Source: a virus
Reading direction: 5' to 3' (one strand)
DNA: 64,000 nucleotides
IMG/VR virus record: IMGVR_UViG_3300031521_000033
Location: 30,210-94,209 of that record
The translations under genes were made by a program, and so were the position numbers. A model generated the notes under the pieces. That model was not told where the DNA came from and searched no databases. It saw only the letters and a list, made by a program, of their open reading frames with translations. The first letter of the stretch is position 1; each line of letters begins with the position of its first letter. Positions 18,696 through 28,489 of this stretch are shown here, piece after piece.

Positions 18696-19063
18696 TTTCT
18701 AATCTCCTTATACGTATTAATTGAAAGTGCAACACACGATTTCCATGGATATTTACAAATAATCTGTTCACATCTTGTTATTTCTTTGGCTTGTTCATCT
18801 TCATCAAGCTTATCAAAATTATCAATATCCCATATAAGACTATCTAATAATTCATCCCAATCATCGTGCCTAAAATAAATTGTCCCATCCTTTGTAAAAT
18901 ACTTATCTATATATACTGCTGCTATTTCTCCTCTGAGTTCCCCATGGGAGTCTTGTTCACTTGGAAACATTGGTATTACTTCAAGTTCTGGATACTCTTT
19001 ATTTAATTGTGCTAACTTTTCAATTAACACCTTCTGGTCCATAAGTTTATTCAATTTATTCAT
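18692..19063 (-). CDS. hypothetical protein, first gene after promoter
   Basis: Start reassigned to MNKLNKL after AAGGAG RBS. Confidence 0.6.
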   Translation of the reverse strand: MNKLNKLMDQKVLIEKLAQLNKEYPELEVIPMFPSEQDSHGELRGEIAAVYIDKYFTKDGTIYFRHDDWDELLDSLIWDIDNFDKLDEDEQAKEITRCEQIICKYPWKSCVALSINTYKEIRK

Positions 19064-19089
19064 TTTTATTATCTCCTTCCTTTTGTTAT

Positions 19090-19118
19090 ATAATATCACG
19101 ATACACAACAAAAGTCAA
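19090..19118 (-). promoter_or_regulatory. sigma-A promoter TTGACT-17-TATTAT inside an inverted repeat; -35 contains the primase TGA stop
   Basis: Direct sequence. Confidence 0.75.
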
Positions 19119-20128
19119 CAAAAATATTTAATTAATTTTTCAAACTCTTCTTTTTCTAAATCATTTATATCTCTACCTTCGGGAACACTAACATAATTTA
19201 TCAACTTACAGTTTATCAATGCTTTTGTAATTCTGTCTTTTCCTTTATGTCCTGCTGTGTCATTATCTAATGCTATAATATATTTCCTTACAGGTAGTTG
19301 TTTTAATTGTTCACACTGTGCTTTATTGCCTGTTCCATTTAATGCTACTGCATATTTACCATAACTCCAAATTGTCAATGCATTTATAATACTTTCACAA
19401 ATATAAACCTCATTTGGATATTCCTCTAATTGACTCAATTCATAAATTCCATATAATGGTTTTTCTACCCCAACTGGATAATTAAACATCTTTTTATCAA
19501 TTGCTCTTCTTGCAATAAATAATACCTTTCCAGTTTTATCTCGGACAGGAAATGTTATGCATTCAATTTCGTTCCCATCTTCAACTAATTTGAATGATTT
19601 ATCATACCCAACATCAAATCTTTCAATGGTTTCATCATTTAACCTTCTTTCATACATATATGGATGTGTAAAACGGTATGAATCCAATTCTACCTCACTC
19701 ACGCTGTCTGTACTAGTTTTTTCTACATTGCGTGATAGATTGCATAAGTCTATAGGCTTTCTATCGTCTACGGCAATTGTGAGGAACGTTTCTAAAAGCC
19801 ACTTCTTACCAAACATTCCCATATCGTCATAGCCAAAACAATTGGATACTAATTCTTCAAAACTCTTTGTTGTCTTACATGTTTGACAATTAAATGTTCC
19901 AGCTAATACGGGTTCATTACTTCTCATGATATCCCTTGTTAAAATTCCCGCACTTGGATGACGCTCTTGACCATTTTTGTGGTAAGGGCAAGTTACCATG
20001 ATGTTATCCCCACTTGATTTTATATCTCTAAATAATAGTAAGGGGTTATCCATATTAACTTGCCGCTTCAACTCTTTTATAATTGTCATTTCTGATTCAA
20101 GCAATGGATGGTTTGATACCTTGATCAT
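19115..20128 (-). CDS. DnaG-type primase
   Basis: CPYH...C..C zinc finger; TOPRIM CES, ALDND.AG, DIND. Confidence 0.9.
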   Translation of the reverse strand: MIKVSNHPLLESEMTIIKELKRQVNMDNPLLLFRDIKSSGDNIMVTCPYHKNGQERHPSAGILTRDIMRSNEPVLAGTFNCQTCKTTKSFEELVSNCFGYDDMGMFGKKWLLETFLTIAVDDRKPIDLCNLSRNVEKTSTDSVSEVELDSYRFTHPYMYERRLNDETIERFDVGYDKSFKLVEDGNEIECITFPVRDKTGKVLFIARRAIDKKMFNYPVGVEKPLYGIYELSQLEEYPNEVYICESIINALTIWSYGKYAVALNGTGNKAQCEQLKQLPVRKYIIALDNDTAGHKGKDRITKALINCKLINYVSVPEGRDINDLEKEEFEKLIKYFC

Positions 20129-20288
20129 TTAATCTCTTCCCATTTAATTTTAACCATTCCCAATACTGCTTCCTCTGCACTCATTTGGACAGCATGGTCA
20201 AAATACCCTCTGCCCTGATTCTCTAATTCCGGTACGTTCATTTCAAATTCAATTGGTTCATTTAATGATATGATTACTTTAACTAGCA

Positions 20289-20549
20289 TTAAAACATCTC
20301 CTTGTATGGTATAAATTTTCTAAAATTTGCTACCAATCCACTACGAGGTAATTCAATATAATCATTTCCATTTTGCAATCGCAGTAATCCTGATATATCT
20401 TCCTTACCGGTGTACCCACAATATTCCCAAATTGAACCTCTTAAGATGGTGTACCACATATATTCTTCATACCTTGGCATCCTAAACTGTCTTATACATT
20501 TGTAAAACATATCTAATCCCCCTTTATATGTACGTTTGTATACCCACAA
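20289..20549 (-). CDS. hypothetical protein
   Basis: ORF in operon; start uncertain. Confidence 0.5.
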   Translation of the reverse strand: MWVYKRTYKGGLDMFYKCIRQFRMPRYEEYMWYTILRGSIWEYCGYTGKEDISGLLRLQNGNDYIELPRSGLVANFRKFIPYKEMF

Positions 20550-20842
20550 TCATCACATCTTGTTACAATTATATCCTCAATTTTACCTCTGTACACATCT
20601 TCCTTGCCATAAAAGGCTACCGCATCACAGCAACCCTCAATGATATTTTCCGATTTGCAGAATGGGCATTTTATGAATCTTGTATCGCTTACACCTTCTA
20701 AAAATTCCTTTAATTGCTTAAACTTTGCAACTTCTTCAATCTCTTCATCAAATACTGCGACTTCATTTTTAGTGTTGTAGCTTTTAACTGCAAATTCTAA
20801 CATCCTTCTTCTCCGTGTTAACCATGGTTTATGTTTTCCCAT
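20513..20842 (-). CDS. zinc-ribbon hypothetical protein
   Basis: CPFC ... CDDC. Confidence 0.55.
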   Translation of the reverse strand: MGKHKPWLTRRRRMLEFAVKSYNTKNEVAVFDEEIEEVAKFKQLKEFLEGVSDTRFIKCPFCKSENIIEGCCDAVAFYGKEDVYRGKIEDIIVTRCDDCGYTNVHIKGD

Positions 20843-20852
20843 TTACTCACCC

Positions 20853-21101
20853 TTAAAAATGTGCCTTTACATATTCACAACTTTTGCAATAACTAAAATA
20901 TATATTGTCTACAATGCTTCCATAGTTTGCACTCCACTCTGCTGACATCTCACCATTACATATCGGGCATCTTTCTACATCATACACCAATGAATTCAAT
21001 AATGCAATAGCTAATGTTAAACTCTTTACTTCTTCACTGTTTGTACACCTTTTCATGGCTGCATATAAATCATGAGATGCTTTTGTTACATCTGTTGTCA
21101 T
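20853..21101 (-). CDS. zinc-ribbon hypothetical protein
   Basis: CPIC ... CKSC. Confidence 0.55.
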   Translation of the reverse strand: MTTDVTKASHDLYAAMKRCTNSEEVKSLTLAIALLNSLVYDVERCPICNGEMSAEWSANYGSIVDNIYFSYCKSCEYVKAHF

Positions 21102-21573
21102 TAATTTTCCCCCTCATCATATCTGTTACTATGTTACTTTTAATCCTTTCTGGATGTAAAATATACTTATTTGAATGAATAAATTTTATTTTTTCCTCTA
21201 CCGTTAGACATATTTTACTATATTTAAATAGTTTATACATATCAACCCTTCCTAAATAAATAAATTTAGTTGGAGTAATAAACCAATGTTCACTATTTTC
21301 TCGAAAATCCGAACAGTTTGGAGGTATATATGGAACTTCCTCTGTAAAATACAAATAAGGGTTTTCGTGAAAATACTTCTTAAAATCATCCATTGCTGGT
21401 TTTTCTATTCCCATAATACCTCTCAAGCAATTAAGTACTGTATCCGACACACATATTCTAGGAATATCACCCTCTTCTGATCTACACCAATTATACTCTT
21501 CGGCCGCCTTTGGTATTGATGGTTTTATAGTTGGTTTCTTACCTGTAAACTCTCTTCTGACGTGATACCACAT
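21070..21573 (-). CDS. conserved phage protein, possible ADP-ribosyltransferase-like fold
   Basis: WYH ... PRICVS....CL ... EHW pattern; function speculative. Confidence 0.4.
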   Translation of the reverse strand: MWYHVRREFTGKKPTIKPSIPKAAEEYNWCRSEEGDIPRICVSDTVLNCLRGIMGIEKPAMDDFKKYFHENPYLYFTEEVPYIPPNCSDFRENSEHWFITPTKFIYLGRVDMYKLFKYSKICLTVEEKIKFIHSNKYILHPERIKSNIVTDMMRGKINDNRCNKSIS

Positions 21574-21587
21574 CCCTATTTCCTCCC

Positions 21588-22859
21588 CTAAAATACACTT
21601 CCAAAGTTTTCTTTTTGAATTTCCTTTACTTCCTGATCCGGTATTTCTTCAATTGTTGGTATCCATGTAAAAATAGCATGATCAATATCCCATGTATATA
21701 ATACTTTTGATCCTGATTTACCGTATCTGTTTTTCTGTAGTCCTAATTCTAATGCCGGACCACACTGACGAATTGAAATAACCCTTGTTGCACTATATGC
21801 AATACCATCTGAATCTCTGATATTTTCAAGTGTTACTTCCCCAACTACTCCATCTTTCTGCTTTGTTCCATTACGATTTGACTGCACAACTGTCAATATA
21901 GGAATTTTAAATTCTAACGACAGATTAAATAAATCTCTACTGATATTTGCTAGTGTTGTTGATTTATTATCTCCTCTTGCATATCTTTCATCTTCCAAAT
22001 ATGAAATACCATCAATACATAAAAATGTCAAATGGTGAGTTATTATATACTGCCTCAATTTGCTTACTGTTATGGTATCGCCAAAATCATTTGGTATTGC
22101 TACATTAAATTCCTTTTCACTAATCTTTGTTACATTTTTAAGGTAATCTTCATACCCCTCTACCTCTGTACCTGTAATTAAAGCTGTATTTGAAAAACTT
22201 CCAACAACTGTATCAAATCTATACCCAATTGAATTAGCTGACATTTCTGGACTAATAAATCCAACGGTTTCCCCATTCTGCCATGCGGTTACAGCTGTTT
22301 TTACTAATATTTGAGATTTACCTACGCCACTTCTAGCAAGCAGCACAATTAGTTCTTCACCTTTTAACCAACCATATGTCAATTTATCTAATTCAGGAAA
22401 CCCACTTGCAACTGACCAAATTTCACCATTATGTTTTGCTTTCCATGAATCAAGCCTAGATTGGTTGTGGTGAGCAATATCTATTCCTGTAATAGAATAT
22501 GCAGGTGTTAATGTTTTAGCAGTTTGTAGAAGGTATGACACAGCCTCATTTGCATTTGTAGTCAACAGATTTGCTGATTGCTGAATGACCTGTACTGTTT
22601 CTGTGTATAAATGTTCCTCTCGTAGCCTATCAATTAATGCGACATCTGGTTCTCTCACATCAATAAACTTCCAATTTGGAAACTTATCAATGAATGTTTC
22701 TTTATCCATTACAACTTTATACTGCTTATAATGACTTATAATACTGTTAAACTCAGTTTCGTACCCAATCATATATTCTGACGTAATTGCATTGTCAATA
22801 ATCATATTGATATTTTTTGATAATAGTACTTTATTTATAAACTGTACTGATGAGATCAC
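21588..22859 (-). CDS. dnaB: replicative DnaB-like helicase
   Basis: SGFPELD, ARSGVGKS, SPEM, IDGISY, QSNR, SDGI, KNRYG. Confidence 0.92.
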   Translation of the reverse strand: MISSVQFINKVLLSKNINMIIDNAITSEYMIGYETEFNSIISHYKQYKVVMDKETFIDKFPNWKFIDVREPDVALIDRLREEHLYTETVQVIQQSANLLTTNANEAVSYLLQTAKTLTPAYSITGIDIAHHNQSRLDSWKAKHNGEIWSVASGFPELDKLTYGWLKGEELIVLLARSGVGKSQILVKTAVTAWQNGETVGFISPEMSANSIGYRFDTVVGSFSNTALITGTEVEGYEDYLKNVTKISEKEFNVAIPNDFGDTITVSKLRQYIITHHLTFLCIDGISYLEDERYARGDNKSTTLANISRDLFNLSLEFKIPILTVVQSNRNGTKQKDGVVGEVTLENIRDSDGIAYSATRVISIRQCGPALELGLQKNRYGKSGSKVLYTWDIDHAIFTWIPTIEEIPDQEVKEIQKENFGSVF

Positions 22860-23554
22860 GTTGCACCACCTGCCTTATAAACTGATCCCTTGCCACGCAT
22901 GCCAACACCCTTTAATTCTAATACATAACCACTTTGTACACGATCGCTTACCCTGACATCTATTTTACTATCTAATATATCTGGTGGCAGATTTCCTGTA
23001 AAGATTGTACTTAAACCATTTGAATATCTGTGATCCACAATACTTGATATTCCTGTATCATCATATTTTGACTGCTCACACGCACCAATATCATCTAACA
23101 CAACAAGTTCTCTTTCTCTTAAATTTGTCATGATCTCTTGTTTCTTTTCTACATTATAAAAATCCTTTAATGATAATAGTAATGTTGGTACATATTCAAA
23201 CCACGCCCTTGACTTAAATCCATTTCCATAATGACAACATGCCAAATATGCTTGCATTAACTTTATACTCCAAACCGACTTCCCCGAACCAACGTTCTCC
23301 CCATATAAATATAAAAAGTTACCATTTGATACAAAATTTACAATATCTTTTTTTATATTGGCGAGTTGCACAAATGCATCATAATCACAATCCATTGGTG
23401 TTAACTTATTTACACCTTGTCGTGCTTTAGGTATATTTGATGTCTTCATAAGATAATCTATCTCCATATATCTTGTGCATGTAAATGTGCAGTTATCTTT
23501 GCAATTTCCATAAAATGGACAACCCTTATCTATATACTTAAATTCATATTCCAA
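22856..23554 (-). CDS. DnaC/IstB-like helicase loader ATPase
   Basis: GENVGSGKS Walker A, VLDDIG Walker B, TIFTGN, DR. Confidence 0.85.
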   Translation of the reverse strand: MEYEFKYIDKGCPFYGNCKDNCTFTCTRYMEIDYLMKTSNIPKARQGVNKLTPMDCDYDAFVQLANIKKDIVNFVSNGNFLYLYGENVGSGKSVWSIKLMQAYLACCHYGNGFKSRAWFEYVPTLLLSLKDFYNVEKKQEIMTNLRERELVVLDDIGACEQSKYDDTGISSIVDHRYSNGLSTIFTGNLPPDILDSKIDVRVSDRVQSGYVLELKGVGMRGKGSVYKAGGAT

Positions 23555-23566
23555 TTCATCACCTGC

Positions 23567-23866
23567 TCATAACTGTTTTAACTGTTCTTCAACATTCTGC
23601 AATCTTCTTTTAAATATTTCTAATAATATGGGACGAATAGCTTCGTTGCATTCTTCATCAAGTTCTACAGTTGTGTGTATTTCATTAAATACGGCATGCT
23701 TATACTTGTCTACTTTAAACTCATCATATAAAACCTGACATTTTATTACATTTTTTATCTCATTACTAAGTGGTTTAATAATATCTTTCCACGCGTTAAA
23801 TTGCCTAGTCAATTCTTCTACTTTATCTACATTATTAATATCCATTTTCTCACCTAAAATCGTCAA
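23567..23866 (-). CDS. hypothetical protein
   Basis: ORF in operon. Confidence 0.55.
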   Translation of the reverse strand: MTILGEKMDINNVDKVEELTRQFNAWKDIIKPLSNEIKNVIKCQVLYDEFKVDKYKHAVFNEIHTTVELDEECNEAIRPILLEIFKRRLQNVEEQLKQL

Positions 23867-25478
23867 ATAATATTGGAATACTTTCTTGGCATTGCCCTAA
23901 CAGATCCTTTGCAATAATCTGCATATCTGGATGTGCATGCGAATCGGTTCTTAGTTTAAAGAAATGTTGCCACTCTCTTACATTGCCTGTTACAAATATT
24001 TCCGTTGCTAAACATGTTGGTAATACTGATCTTGCAATATCTGTACTCATTCCGCTTTCCAATAATTCCATATATGCATTTTCTGACTGTCTCATTGCAA
24101 ATTCCCATGCTTTATTTGCAAGATACAAGTTTAAATCCTGTGCTACATCTGAATCTTCTGGTGACTTTAATCCTGATGGTTTAATAACTGTAATCTCACT
24201 TCCAAATTTACCTTTTGAATAATTACAATATCTTGTGCTGCTCTGTGCAAATGAGAATAGTCTGTGCCTTACAATTTCATGTGAAATGCCACGATCACAC
24301 ACAATATCTGCTGAAAATACGGCATGTTCAATCATTGCACAATTTCCGCATAAAGATGGTATTTTGTTTTTACCCCTAACAATAATTATACCAGTGGATA
24401 CTTGTACACAATAAACTGGCAGGTTATCTACATTAATTATTACTACTTTACTATCTGGTTTCCGCGTGTCATTTACAATTATAGAATTATTGGCTTTTAT
24501 TCTTACTCTATAAAGTGGTTTCCAATGAATATTGTCTAGTTTAGTCACATCCCCTATATATAAAGTATATCCTGCTAAACTACCATGATTAACTAACCAC
24601 TCAGCAACATAAGAAGAAGTTGTTCCTATATTTTTGCTCCAATTAGACTTGTTACCATCAGCATTGAATAATCCCTTAATGATCGATTTAATTTTAATTG
24701 GGTCCTCCATATGTGGTAAGAATTTCTCTTTATCCCTTACATACCTACTATTAAATTCATTACCAATATTTTTCATAGTCAAAGTTATTCTGTTACCTTT
24801 TTTAATGCTATAGATAATTCCTAAATTGGTGGCTAAATTAATCAGATAATCTATTTTACGTTTCTTTTTTAAATGAAATTCTAATCTATTCCCATTCAGA
24901 CGACTACCGTCTCCTATCCAAAATCCCACTAATTCCCACCAACAATCTATATCTTCCGGTATTCTACAGGCTGTAGGTGTATAGAACTTTCGTTCACCAT
25001 TCGTTAATTTATTCCCATTATCTTGTTTATATTCAATCTCATCATTTTTAAATAATTTGTAGTTATAATTTGTTGCGTCACTAGAGATACTTCTAACTGT
25101 TCCAAACATATTATGACCTGCTGTTGTCATATAACCCAATGAACCAGAATAGTCATACATCTTACCAGTATAATTGTAACCTATCAGATTATTTGGCATT
25201 TCAAACCCATTAAATGACCCATTTTGATTAACTGTTGCAACCTTATACTGTCCTTTATAGTCACTAAATTTAATAAATCCCTGCTCAGTCAGTATCTCTG
25301 TATCTCCATCATAACAGTGTCCGCTTTTAATTAATCCTCTGACCATCTTTTCAGCACTGCCCTCTTGAATCTTATCTTCTGATTTATAACAAAGTCTTGC
25401 TGCACGTTCAATCTTTTCTAACATTTCCTTACCACTCATATCCAGTAATAACTTTGCTGACGGTTCAATAATATTCAT
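23850..25478 (-). CDS. thyX: flavin-dependent thymidylate synthase, intein-containing
   Basis: ARLCY, GH..EH, RHRLFSFAQSSTRY (RHRX7S), ARSVLP, N.REW.HF..LR...AHP. Confidence 0.95.
   Translation of the reverse strand: MNIIEPSAKLLLDMSGKEMLEKIERAARLCYKSEDKIQEGSAEKMVRGLIKSGHCYDGDTEILTEQGFIKFSDYKGQYKVATVNQNGSFNGFEMPNNLIGYNYTGKMYDYSGSLGYMTTAGHNMFGTVRSISSDATNYNYKLFKNDEIEYKQDNGNKLTNGERKFYTPTACRIPEDIDCWWELVGFWIGDGSRLNGNRLEFHLKKKRKIDYLINLATNLGIIYSIKKGNRITLTMKNIGNEFNSRYVRDKEKFLPHMEDPIKIKSIIKGLFNADGNKSNWSKNIGTTSSYVAEWLVNHGSLAGYTLYIGDVTKLDNIHWKPLYRVRIKANNSIIVNDTRKPDSKVVIINVDNLPVYCVQVSTGIIIVRGKNKIPSLCGNCAMIEHAVFSADIVCDRGISHEIVRHRLFSFAQSSTRYCNYSKGKFGSEITVIKPSGLKSPEDSDVAQDLNLYLANKAWEFAMRQSENAYMELLESGMSTDIARSVLPTCLATEIFVTGNVREWQHFFKLRTDSHAHPDMQIIAKDLLGQCQESIPILFDDFR
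24342..25316 (-). mobile_element. intein with LAGLIDADG endonuclease in ThyX (325 aa)
   Basis: Starts CYDGDTEILT after GH, ends VYCVQV...LCGN, +1 Cys; LVGFWIGDG and GLFNADG blocks. Confidence 0.92.
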
Positions 25479-25563
25479 TAATCGATACTCCCTACTAATC
25501 TATATTTTAATCTTGCATAATTATGGATGATAAAAGAATTATACATTATCATTTCTATCGACA

Positions 25564-25926
25564 TTATTTTGCCACCTCTAAATATTTAATTCCTATATTC
25601 TTTCCTCTTTTTATATACATCCATACACCTGTAATTGATCCCTCATCTATTACTGCCCTTTTTAGCATATGTTGTAGATCTGGTAAAGCCATGCTATATT
25701 CTAGGTTATTAGTATCAGTTAGTAAAGCAGTTTCTGGTGTACACCCCCTTGCGATCCATTTAATCTTCATTGTGTCTTCCCATAGTTTATTTTCTTTATA
25801 CACAGGTAATACTTGATAATCACATTCTGTATAATCTTCAAAACACTTATTGCCCCATTTACCATCTGTTGCTCTTATATACCATAATACCTTTTTATCT
25901 GCTGTCAGTGTTTGGTTTAATACCAT
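25564..25926 (-). CDS. hypothetical protein, first gene after promoter
   Basis: Start reassigned to MVLNQ after GAGGGGGG RBS. Confidence 0.65.
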   Translation of the reverse strand: MVLNQTLTADKKVLWYIRATDGKWGNKCFEDYTECDYQVLPVYKENKLWEDTMKIKWIARGCTPETALLTDTNNLEYSMALPDLQHMLKRAVIDEGSITGVWMYIKRGKNIGIKYLEVAK

Positions 25927-25953
25927 TTTCGTTCCCCCCTCATCTATAATATC

Positions 25954-25982
25954 AGTATACCACCGTCTGCAATATATGTCAA
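25954..25982 (-). promoter_or_regulatory. sigma-A promoter TTGACA-17-TATACT (extended -10)
   Basis: Direct sequence. Confidence 0.78.
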
Positions 25983-25987
25983 TATAT

Positions 25988-26024
25988 AAAAATAAAAAGA
26001 TGAAGAAATTAATCCCCATCTTTT
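25988..26024 (-). terminator. intrinsic terminator after nrd cluster
   Basis: AAAAGATGGGGA / TCTTCATCTTTT stem with T-rich tail. Confidence 0.65.
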
Positions 26025-26028
26025 AAAT

Positions 26029-26226
26029 TTATCTTACATATAATCCGCATCTGCATGCTTGCAATTCCCTCATATATCTACAAGGGCAAATAGTATCTTC
26101 ATTCCTATTTGGCAAGCAGGGACAAAATCCATCATTCTTATTTAATTTGTCAATGATCACTTGCACATGATTAATATCTGGATTTGTTTTCATATTATAT
26201 TTAGTTGCAATTGTTTCTAACGTCAA
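26029..26226 (-). CDS. ferredoxin:thioredoxin reductase catalytic-subunit-like FeS protein
   Basis: GFCPC ... ICPC ... CRCGLY, the CPC/CPC/CHC signature of FTR (His replaced by Arg). Confidence 0.8.
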   Translation of the reverse strand: MTLETIATKYNMKTNPDINHVQVIIDKLNKNDGFCPCLPNRNEDTICPCRYMRELQACRCGLYVR

Positions 26227-28019
26227 ATATAAAACCTTCTCTCAGCCTCACGCTGTCTCGCTTCACTGAAATTCTTGATTCGTTTCAAATACCCAATTAC
26301 ACGTGTTGCATAATCAATATCATCACTACCACATTTTATGCAGTATTTTTCAGTATTTGAATCAATATAACCACATTTGTTACATACACTAAATTTAACA
26401 TTTATGGTCCAATATGGTACGCCATTAACTCGGCATAGTTCAAATAGATCTTTTGCTTGCTTATATGAAATTGTCTGACCTAATGCTAAATGTAATGCTG
26501 ATCCACCATCCAAGTATTGTGTAATCTCATTACCATGTAATTTAATCTTATCTAATATACTGGTATTTTCATCCTCTGATAAATAGAAGTATGAATTATA
26601 ACAATCTCTATTTACCTTTAATCCATCTGCTTTATCCCAATTTGCATTTTTAACCCCTAATGCTTCTGCCGGAACTTGTTCACAATTGAATCTACACCCC
26701 GTTTCTTCCAGTGCTTTCTTATTATTCATTGACAATTGGTTTAAAACCTTACCTGCCCAAGTTTTGTATGTATCATTGTTTGATATTGTCATTCCTAAGT
26801 ATTCAGCCGCCTCAACAAATCCATTAATACCAATTGTCAAAAACTGCTTGTCAATATCCATAAATCCTGCCGTAAATGATGGTAACAATCCATTTTTAAT
26901 ATATTCTACATATAATGCTTTATGTGCTAATAAATACTTATGCACACGGCTCTGAATTTCATCTAAGTCAACATTTGTCTGAACAATCCTATTCATATTT
27001 AATGTAATTACCTGTGCTGAACCCGTTACAACACCACCTGCACCTAATGTATAACTAAACGTATTATCTGCTAATTTGTTCTGTAATCGGCAGCATGAAC
27101 TCAAGCTATCAACACTATCTGACATATATACAAAGAATGAATTTCCTAGGCTCATTTCACTACTGCAAAATTCCATAAACTTTGTATCAACAAATCCTGA
27201 ATCACTAGTTAACATACTAGCTGTAACTACTGGAAATGTCAATAGTTCTTTTTCGCGCTCATGCCTAAACCAGCTCATGAATACCTCTTGTAGGTCTCTT
27301 GTACTTTCTAAATTTACGGTTGTTCCATCTGGATAAAAGAATCCTTTAAACATTTCTGCCATATATGGTTTATCAAATATTGATATGTTCCAGAAGCAAG
27401 ATTGATTACCTCTTGCACTTGCGGGCTGATTTAACGCGTACACCACGCCCTGTAACTCTTGAATTACTTCGCTACGGTGCTCTGTTAGATACCGTTCCCC
27501 ATATTCCTTACGTGCAAAATAATCAAAGTAATGTAAAAATTCTACTGTTGCAATTGCTCCGGCATAATCTGATGTTACTTGATAAATAAGATTTACAAAT
27601 GATCCGCAAAAACTTTGTAAATTTTTTGGTGCTTTTGATACTCCACCAAGACATTTTGTTCCTTCTAATAAAAATGGATATAATGTAATTGAGGCACAAT
27701 ATGGTCTTAATGAACTTGCATCATGCGCATAAATTACATGTGATTCTAAATCTTTTATATACTGATTTGCCAATTCAGTCCCATACATTTCTGATATCTT
27801 ATCACACACAAGTCTCATATTAACCTGTGTCATATCAACTTTATACAATTCTGATTCAATTGTTGCAATGGTCTTATTAATTATATTAGAATTAGCATCA
27901 ATCTCACTACCTGTTGCAGCATTTGTAGCCTTAATATAGCTTGAAATGAATTGACACTTTTCATTAATTTGCTTATCTGTTAATTTATACAATTTATCCC
28001 CTAACCCCTCTGTAAACAC
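26223..28019 (-). CDS. nrdD: anaerobic (class III) ribonucleotide reductase, no ATP cone
   Basis: PYC, TFPV, SSCCRL finger loop, EQVPAE, C-terminal CxxC/CxxC and TRVIGY glycyl-radical motif. Confidence 0.95.
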   Translation of the reverse strand: MFTEGLGDKLYKLTDKQINEKCQFISSYIKATNAATGSEIDANSNIINKTIATIESELYKVDMTQVNMRLVCDKISEMYGTELANQYIKDLESHVIYAHDASSLRPYCASITLYPFLLEGTKCLGGVSKAPKNLQSFCGSFVNLIYQVTSDYAGAIATVEFLHYFDYFARKEYGERYLTEHRSEVIQELQGVVYALNQPASARGNQSCFWNISIFDKPYMAEMFKGFFYPDGTTVNLESTRDLQEVFMSWFRHEREKELLTFPVVTASMLTSDSGFVDTKFMEFCSSEMSLGNSFFVYMSDSVDSLSSCCRLQNKLADNTFSYTLGAGGVVTGSAQVITLNMNRIVQTNVDLDEIQSRVHKYLLAHKALYVEYIKNGLLPSFTAGFMDIDKQFLTIGINGFVEAAEYLGMTISNNDTYKTWAGKVLNQLSMNNKKALEETGCRFNCEQVPAEALGVKNANWDKADGLKVNRDCYNSYFYLSEDENTSILDKIKLHGNEITQYLDGGSALHLALGQTISYKQAKDLFELCRVNGVPYWTINVKFSVCNKCGYIDSNTEKYCIKCGSDDIDYATRVIGYLKRIKNFSEARQREAERRFYI

Positions 28020-28489
28020 CCTGTAATATCTTCAAGTTTACCTTCTGTAATTTTATATAGTATCTGATTTGTACCTTTTGTTGCAAGACCACCTATATCC
28101 TCTTTATAACTTCCAATTTTCAGATAATCTAAGTATGGTATATACATTTTGTGATCTTCTAATTTGTCTAATCCACTGTATAGCCCAACACAACAACATG
28201 TTTCTTTTACACTTTTTAATAACGCAACTAAAGTTGTTTCTGTAATTCCACCATTATTTGTACCACCCATAATAATAACTGCATTAGCACCTTTATATAT
28301 TTCGTTATGGACCGTATATACTATGCTTTGTAAACTTGTTTTATCCGCCACACCACACCTTAAATGGTCTGAATGACATCCTTTACAGTTATTATAACAT
28401 TGTCCCATCTCAATAAATAGTGAAATTTTGTCCGGTAATTCTGTCAGTGTTACTCCCGTTGTCACAACCGGATATGTATAATTAATCAT
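28001..28489 (-). CDS. nrdG: class III RNR activase (radical SAM)
   Basis: CYNNCKGC, MGG, LYSG, DYLKIGSY...GGL...TNQ. Confidence 0.9.
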   Translation of the reverse strand: MINYTYPVVTTGVTLTELPDKISLFIEMGQCYNNCKGCHSDHLRCGVADKTSLQSIVYTVHNEIYKGANAVIIMGGTNNGGITETTLVALLKSVKETCCCVGLYSGLDKLEDHKMYIPYLDYLKIGSYKEDIGGLATKGTNQILYKITEGKLEDITGCLQRG

